Sequence record: SRR20825006_1064
Direction: 5' to 3' (one strand)
Length of the DNA: 60,663 nt
Under the pieces are notes generated by a model that searched no databases, was not told the DNA's origin, and worked only from the letters and a program-made list of their open reading frames with translations. The translations under genes were made by a program, and so were the position numbers. Positions 55,786-60,663 of this stretch are shown here, piece after piece (position 1 is the first letter of the stretch; every line of letters starts with the position of its first letter).

Positions 55786-58350
55786 TTAGAAATTATATCC
55801 GAGTTGAACACCATAGGTGCGGGGGCGTAGACGCCAACCGCGATCCAGGAAGAAGCTGATAGTGACATCATCTTCGTTGGTGATGTTGGAGGCATAGACC
55901 TTGAGATCAAAATCCCCGAGAGTTACACCAGCGTTGAGGTCAAGTGTGACATAGCCGCCCGATACTGTCGGGATGGTGTTGCCGGTATTAAACTCTCCCA
56001 CATAGGTCAGATCCGCCCGCAGGAAGGATGGATTATCGGCGACCGCGAAGTCATATTGGAGGCCCATATAGCCGTTATATTTGGGCGACATTGGCAGTTG
56101 GTCGCCTTCGGCACCCAAAAGATTGTTACGGAACACGGCGTCAGTATAGGAGCCTGAAAGCTGGACGGTGAAATTGTCAGTGAGGATAAGACGCGCTTCA
56201 ACCTCAATACCTTGCGAGCGGGCTTCACCGCCATTCACCGTGGCACTACATACCGGGTTGGCACCGAGTACGCCAACAGGAATATCCTTCCAGTTGATCC
56301 GGTAAGCAGCGGTGTTGAGCTGCACGCGGTTACCTGCCATGCTGAACTTTCCACCGACCTCGAAGTTTTCGGTGGTGTCTGATTTCAGTTGGGCATCGCC
56401 AAGTGAACTTTGTGTACCGTCAAGAAGGCCATCACCGTTGGTATCGCAGATGTCAGGCGATGCTGTCGCGGCGCCAAGCCCAAGACGGAAGCCTTGTGAC
56501 CACAGGCCGTAAATCAGTGTGTCATCATTGGGTTTCAGGTCAATGCCAGCCTTGAAGCTGGTACCAGATTCCGAACTCTTCAATACCGTTGGTAGCGCAG
56601 CCAATGGCCCGCTTTCGTCAATGTCATCTTCGCGGGTGTAGTCGAACCAGCGTGCCCCGAGGGTGAAGGAGAGCCAATCAGCTGCCTCATAGGTCGCCTC
56701 TCCAAAAACAGCTTTCTGTTCAATGGTAGAAAGGGTGTTGATAATCCTCATGTCGCGGGCCCCAAAGGGGTTTAGCGAATTATCCTCCCCAGTCCAGCGC
56801 CAACAACATTCCTCATAGGATTCGAAATCTTCGTAATAGAGGCCGCTTGTAAACTCGAACGGACCACCGAAGTCCGAGGTGAAGCGAAGTTCTTCCACGA
56901 AGCCTTTCTTCTCAAGGTCGCTGAAACCTACCGCCGCCCAAGGGATCACCCGGCCAAGGTCTGATGAATCTCCTTCTTCGCCCTTTACGTATGATGTAGA
57001 GGAGGTAAGCGTACCAACACCCACATCATAATTCATCACAAGGTTATAGAGCTCAATATTGTCGCGCTTGTATTCCTTGCCGGTGTTCAGTGCTGTCGCT
57101 TCATAGCCTCCGCGGGAAATTTGCACGTCGTTGCGGCCATGTTCGTCTAGTTCCTGGAAAGCCACCGTCAGCGTGGCATCAAACTTATCGTTTGGGCGCC
57201 AAAGGGCAGAGGCTCGCATGCCTGCATATTTATTGCCTCCCATGCCTTCTTTTATGGCCACAGGAGCACCGGTCGCGGTCGCGCGAGCTTCCATCAAGCC
57301 GGTAGATACAAGGTCAACATAACCGGAATTTTCAAAGTGATAGGCGACAACGCGCATCGCCAATTCACCTTCAATCAGCGGTACGTTCACAACGCCTGTC
57401 ACGTTGCCGTTGCCGCCAGAGGCTTGGTCTGTGTTTGAATATTCTACACTTACCCGGCCTTCAACTTCCTCCAGGTTTGGGGCATTAGGAATATTTCTTA
57501 CCGCGCCACTCATGGCACCGCCGCCATAAAGGGTGCCCTGTGGCCCGCGCAGTATTTCAATGCGCTGCATATCCACCAGTTTCATGTCTGATGAGGTGGA
57601 AATGATAGGGTTGGAAAGCGGCGTTTCACCGAAATAGGCACCAACAGTGGCACGTTCAGCGAAGCCAAGCCCGATACCCCGGATAACAATCTGGTTTTCA
57701 CCGACACCACGATCAACATAGTTTACGCTTGGCACAGCGTTAAGGTAATCGCTCATGTCCACGAGCGACTTGTTGGAGATTTCTTCACCGCCGAGCGCAG
57801 AGATGCTTGCGGCAGTATCCTGAAGCGAGGTGGCGCGCTTCGTGGCGGTCACAACGATGGTCTCGATCACAAGTCCTTCGTCTTTTTCATCAGTCGCTGC
57901 GTCTTGTGCACTGGCACTGGTGCCAAATACGGCAGCAGCAACGCTCGCAAGTAGTGATTGTTTCAGTCTGGTTTTCTTCATGGGGCCCTCCCGCCTTCTT
58001 GAAAGATTGTCCGAGACCGTGACAGTCCCGTTCTTTGTAAGGCCGGCGGAGAACCGCGTATTGTGGAACATAATTTCAAGGGCTTCCTTGACGGTATAGT
58101 TCCCCCGCACCGGGTTCAGTCCCTTTTCATCTGCCAAATTGTAAGGATAGAGAAGCTGTACGCCGGTGGTGTTCACCAGATCGTCCACAGCAGCACCTAG
58201 CGAAGTAACTTCTATGTTGAAGTTATAGCGCGTTTCAGTGTCTGCCGCGAATGTATGGCCATTCGTCACCAAAATGGCGAATATCAGCGAACAGAAAAGC
58301 TGCATAAGCTGCCACTGCATCGCGCTTCGTTTTCCTCTTCTTTGGCTCAA
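55786..58350 (-). CDS. TonB-dependent transducer (STN signalling domain plus receptor) with internal second start at 57981
   Basis: First signal peptide (start 58350/58320), STN-like YNFNIEVTSLGAAV...VRGNYTVKEALE; then GGGAGGG-N4-ATG KKTRLKQSLLASVAAAVFGTSASA-QD; TonB box ETIVVTA; RIEILRGPQGTLYG; terminal PRTYGVQLGYNF. Confidence 0.92.
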   Translation of the reverse strand: MSQRRGKRSAMQWQLMQLFCSLIFAILVTNGHTFAADTETRYNFNIEVTSLGAAVDDLVNTTGVQLLYPYNLADEKGLNPVRGNYTVKEALEIMFHNTRFSAGLTKNGTVTVSDNLSRRREGPMKKTRLKQSLLASVAAAVFGTSASAQDAATDEKDEGLVIETIVVTATKRATSLQDTAASISALGGEEISNKSLVDMSDYLNAVPSVNYVDRGVGENQIVIRGIGLGFAERATVGAYFGETPLSNPIISTSSDMKLVDMQRIEILRGPQGTLYGGGAMSGAVRNIPNAPNLEEVEGRVSVEYSNTDQASGGNGNVTGVVNVPLIEGELAMRVVAYHFENSGYVDLVSTGLMEARATATGAPVAIKEGMGGNKYAGMRASALWRPNDKFDATLTVAFQELDEHGRNDVQISRGGYEATALNTGKEYKRDNIELYNLVMNYDVGVGTLTSSTSYVKGEEGDSSDLGRVIPWAAVGFSDLEKKGFVEELRFTSDFGGPFEFTSGLYYEDFESYEECCWRWTGEDNSLNPFGARDMRIINTLSTIEQKAVFGEATYEAADWLSFTLGARWFDYTREDDIDESGPLAALPTVLKSSESGTSFKAGIDLKPNDDTLIYGLWSQGFRLGLGAATASPDICDTNGDGLLDGTQSSLGDAQLKSDTTENFEVGGKFSMAGNRVQLNTAAYRINWKDIPVGVLGANPVCSATVNGGEARSQGIEVEARLILTDNFTVQLSGSYTDAVFRNNLLGAEGDQLPMSPKYNGYMGLQYDFAVADNPSFLRADLTYVGEFNTGNTIPTVSGGYVTLDLNAGVTLGDFDLKVYASNITNEDDVTISFFLDRGWRLRPRTYGVQLGYNF

Positions 58351-58492
58351 TGATTACTGGTCCACTCAAGTTTTCTCATCGGCCTAGAAATGAGACCAAT
58401 GAAAGGCAAAAAACCACAACAAGATTGGAAAAATAATTTCACGAAGGTGTGGTGCGAAGAGGGAAAATCAGGGTGTAACAACAAACGAAGCC

Positions 58493-59545
58493 TCAGGATT
58501 CCTGCGTGATACGGACGTGTTTGTCGCCCACCCATTCAGAGCGCACACCAAAGGTGGTTTCCAGCGCCTCAAGAAGGCCATCAAGGTCGCCAACCTTAAA
58601 GTATCCCCCTATGGGCAGGGCCGCAATATGGGCATCCGTGATATCTACTCGCACGTCTGTATAGCGAGACACTTGTTCTAAAACGTCGGACAGTGGCTCG
58701 CCTGCAAATGCCAGCATGCCGCTTCGCCACGATAGCTTGCGATTGATGGCAATCTCCGACAACGGCTCAAGGCGTTTGAGTGTGTCATCCGCTATGACCG
58801 CTTGATCGCCAGCTGCAATAACGCGCAATAGTATAGGTTCTGGCCGGTTTTCGAGATTGGCACCTTCTAGTGTTTGGCTAGCGCTGTTGGCCATCAGTTC
58901 CACCCGGCCTTCGGAAACAGTTACTTCTATGTCTCTTTCTTTGAGATAGACAGAAAAAGCAGTGCCAATTGCTTTTACGAGTCCCTGGCCAGCATAGACC
59001 GTGAAGGGGCGGGAGGCATCTTTTGCGACGGCAAAATGCGCCTCGCCTTTGATAAGAGTGAGGCGACGTTCATCGTTGGCCATTGCCACCTCAACTACTG
59101 TATCGGTGTTTAGTGTCAGTGTGGAGCCGTCCCGGAGCGTGACTGTTTCGACCTCTCCAAAAGCGGTATTAAAGGTTGCGAACTGTTCCATGTCAGTGCT
59201 CGAGTTCAGACTCATGTAGGTGACAATACTGACCAGGATTAGGGCAGCCGTAGTACCTGCATACCGCAGCCATTGCTGATGCGTGGCGAGGGCAGTTCGC
59301 GCCGGCACAGCGTCGGCGTTATCGAGATAGTTTAGGTCGTCGAGAATATCCAAATCGTCCCAAAGCGCACTCAGGCGGCGAAATTCCTCCCTGTGGACGG
59401 AGCTTTTGTTCAGCCATGCCTGCAGATCCGCCACCATGGCGTGGGTGTCGTCACGAGATTCTAGGCGGGCGATCCAGAGAGAAGCTTCTTCCCGGACTGC
59501 CTGTCGGTCAGGTAGGTCGACTATTTTGTTGTCGTTGTCTGCCAT
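58493..59545 (-). CDS. FecR-family anti-sigma/transmembrane sensor
   Basis: EASLWIARL, one TM helix, TLRDGSTLTLNTDT, KGEAHFAVAKD, AIGTAFSV, SWRSGML. Confidence 0.93.
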   Translation of the reverse strand: MADNDNKIVDLPDRQAVREEASLWIARLESRDDTHAMVADLQAWLNKSSVHREEFRRLSALWDDLDILDDLNYLDNADAVPARTALATHQQWLRYAGTTAALILVSIVTYMSLNSSTDMEQFATFNTAFGEVETVTLRDGSTLTLNTDTVVEVAMANDERRLTLIKGEAHFAVAKDASRPFTVYAGQGLVKAIGTAFSVYLKERDIEVTVSEGRVELMANSASQTLEGANLENRPEPILLRVIAAGDQAVIADDTLKRLEPLSEIAINRKLSWRSGMLAFAGEPLSDVLEQVSRYTDVRVDITDAHIAALPIGGYFKVGDLDGLLEALETTFGVRSEWVGDKHVRITQES

Positions 59546-60173
59546 TCTTTTGTTTCGGACCCGCCATTCTCAATACGTTGCTGCTGGCCCTGCCTCTGCG
59601 CGCTAAACGACCAAAATCCTCAGGGGCGTATCCCCGTTCGGCTAGGTAGTCGCTGCATTTCAGCAAACCAGTAGCCAGATGCTTCTCAACAGAGCTTACC
59701 GTGATATCAAGGCGTACGGCAATTTCTTTGATTGGCAATCCGTCAATCTTCCTCATGAGAAACACACGCCTGCACTGTGGAGGCAGGTGACCAACGGCCT
59801 CAGAGAATAACGCAAGTTTTTCGCGCCCCTCGAGCATTTCATCGGCAGGGACCTGTTTCTCATCACATAGGACCGATGTCCCTTCGAAATCCGCAAGTTG
59901 ATCGGTTGTTTTATTTGCTTTTTTTGTTAGCTCTGAAAGCGCTAGGTTGCGGGCCGTTGTAAAGAGAAAAGACTTGGGCGCGGTGATCTCCTGACGAGCT
60001 TCTGCAGCAAATGCCCTTAGAAAAGCACCTTGTGCCACATCATCCACGTCTTCGGGGCGGGAAAGGTATTTCCCCAGCAGTCGCTTGAGCGCTGCTCCGT
60101 GTCCCAGATATGCCTTGACGATTGGGCTCATTCCCTGCTTACTTTCGGCCTCAGGTTTTTGGCACAATTGCAT
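59508..60173 (-). CDS. ECF RNA polymerase sigma factor (FecI-like)
   Basis: DVDDVAQGAF, FLFTTARNLA, LPPQCRRVFLMRKIDGLPIKEIA...SVEKHL; start uncertain (60218/60173/60131); overlaps the fecR start. Confidence 0.9.
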   Translation of the reverse strand: MQLCQKPEAESKQGMSPIVKAYLGHGAALKRLLGKYLSRPEDVDDVAQGAFLRAFAAEARQEITAPKSFLFTTARNLALSELTKKANKTTDQLADFEGTSVLCDEKQVPADEMLEGREKLALFSEAVGHLPPQCRRVFLMRKIDGLPIKEIAVRLDITVSSVEKHLATGLLKCSDYLAERGYAPEDFGRLARRGRASSNVLRMAGPKQKNGRQRQQNSRPT

Positions 60174-60340
60174 GTTTTGACTGGTGCCAGCTTGCACTTT
60201 TCTTATTGCAACGGCCACAGACTCAGTATCGTTGCCAAAACCATTAAAGCAGCTTTAAATTTATTTTCAATGATTTTTGACAGCCGTAATTTATATTTTT
60301 AATATTTAAGGCCGACAAAATTGACGGAAAATGGTCAAAT

Positions 60341-60634
60341 AGTGTTGTCAGAAGAAAATCACTTGAAGCGAGAATCCCGCTGCTCTAGCCAGCGCAGCAT
60401 GAAGAATCCATTCCGTTATTTCAAATACTCGCCTGAGGTTATTTGCCTTGCGGTGATGCTTTATGTTCGGTTTCCCCTGTCGCTCAGGTAAGTCGAAGAT
60501 TTGCTTCATGAAGGCGGCATTGATGTCAGCCATGAGACAGTCCGCTATTGGTGGAACAAATTTGGGCCACTGGTGGCTGCCGCCGTCAGGAAAAAGCGAC
60601 TACACCGTTGTCTAACCATTCAAACTGGCGTTGG
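60341..60634 (+). mobile_element. Degraded IS6-family element
   Basis: Transposase relic plus a possible decayed left end AGTGTTGTCAGAA at 60341; end position uncertain. Confidence 0.65.
60399..60634 (+). pseudogene. IS6-family transposase fragment (premature stop, frameshift, truncated)
   Basis: MKNPFRYFKYSPEVICLAVMLYVRFPLSLR*VEDLLHEGGIDVSHETVRYWWNKFGP with TAA at 60489-60491; NHSNWRW continues in a shifted frame to 60634, where similarity stops. Confidence 0.9.
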
Positions 60635-60663
60635 GGTAATACCCCCAATAATAGAGGGCTTCA

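Noticed and set aside
49900-57999. 14-bp match CCCTCCCGCCTTCT (49900-49913; 57986-57999)
   Set aside because: Within chance expectation; one copy is a terminator arm and the other an RBS region.
60348-60533. 61-aa minus-strand ORF MADINAAF...
   Set aside because: Antisense reading of the IS6 transposase relic.
1-60663. CRISPR arrays, tRNA/rRNA genes, integrase or phage-defence genes
   Set aside because: No regularly spaced repeats, cloverleaf/rRNA signatures or recognisable motifs seen by eye; tRNAscan-SE, Infernal and DefenseFinder would be needed to exclude them.

Overview
Alphaproteobacterial chromosome segment (GcrA present; the gene content suggests a marine heterotroph, possibly Kordiimonas-like, but that is inference). 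Layout: (1) 1-6.4 kb conserved core (gcrA 5' end, ABC-2 permease, argD-argF-hslO) with DUF2267 and BON-MscS genes in between. (2) 6.4-8.8 kb membrane-anchored LytTR regulator with a direct-repeat target gene, plus a NIPSNAP protein. (3) 8.9-27.6 kb putative peptidoglycan stem-peptide/D-amino-acid scavenging locus (Oar-type TonB receptor, DUF819, SH3-NlpC/P60 lipoprotein, Ala-Glu epimerase, three SxxK hydrolases, NhaC-family carrier, lysA, MurR/RpiR regulator, D-aminoacylase, FAD D-amino-acid oxidoreductase), with a GAAT-N5-ATTC palindrome recurring in its intergenic regions. (4) 27.6-35 kb LysR/small ORF/2OG-Fe(II) oxygenase, glycerate kinase, modE-modA with a ModE box, and an unpartnered IorB-type molybdoprotein. 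(5) 35.1-46.3 kb TetR-TonB receptor-sulfotransferase-hydrolase-MFS-nitrilase-gabD-gabT catabolic operon. (6) 46.4-49.6 kb GAPDH-arsJ-arsR arsenate cassette bracketed by a degenerate 88-bp direct repeat. (7) 49.9-60.2 kb ECF sigma/FecR/TonB-receptor locus with esterase, SxxK hydrolase, D-aminoacylase and DUF1611/DgcN; its receptor carries a second, internal RBS, ATG and signal peptide after the STN domain. (8) A decayed IS6 fragment at the right edge. No rRNA, tRNA or CRISPR array was seen. All family calls come from motif recognition by eye; no searches were run.
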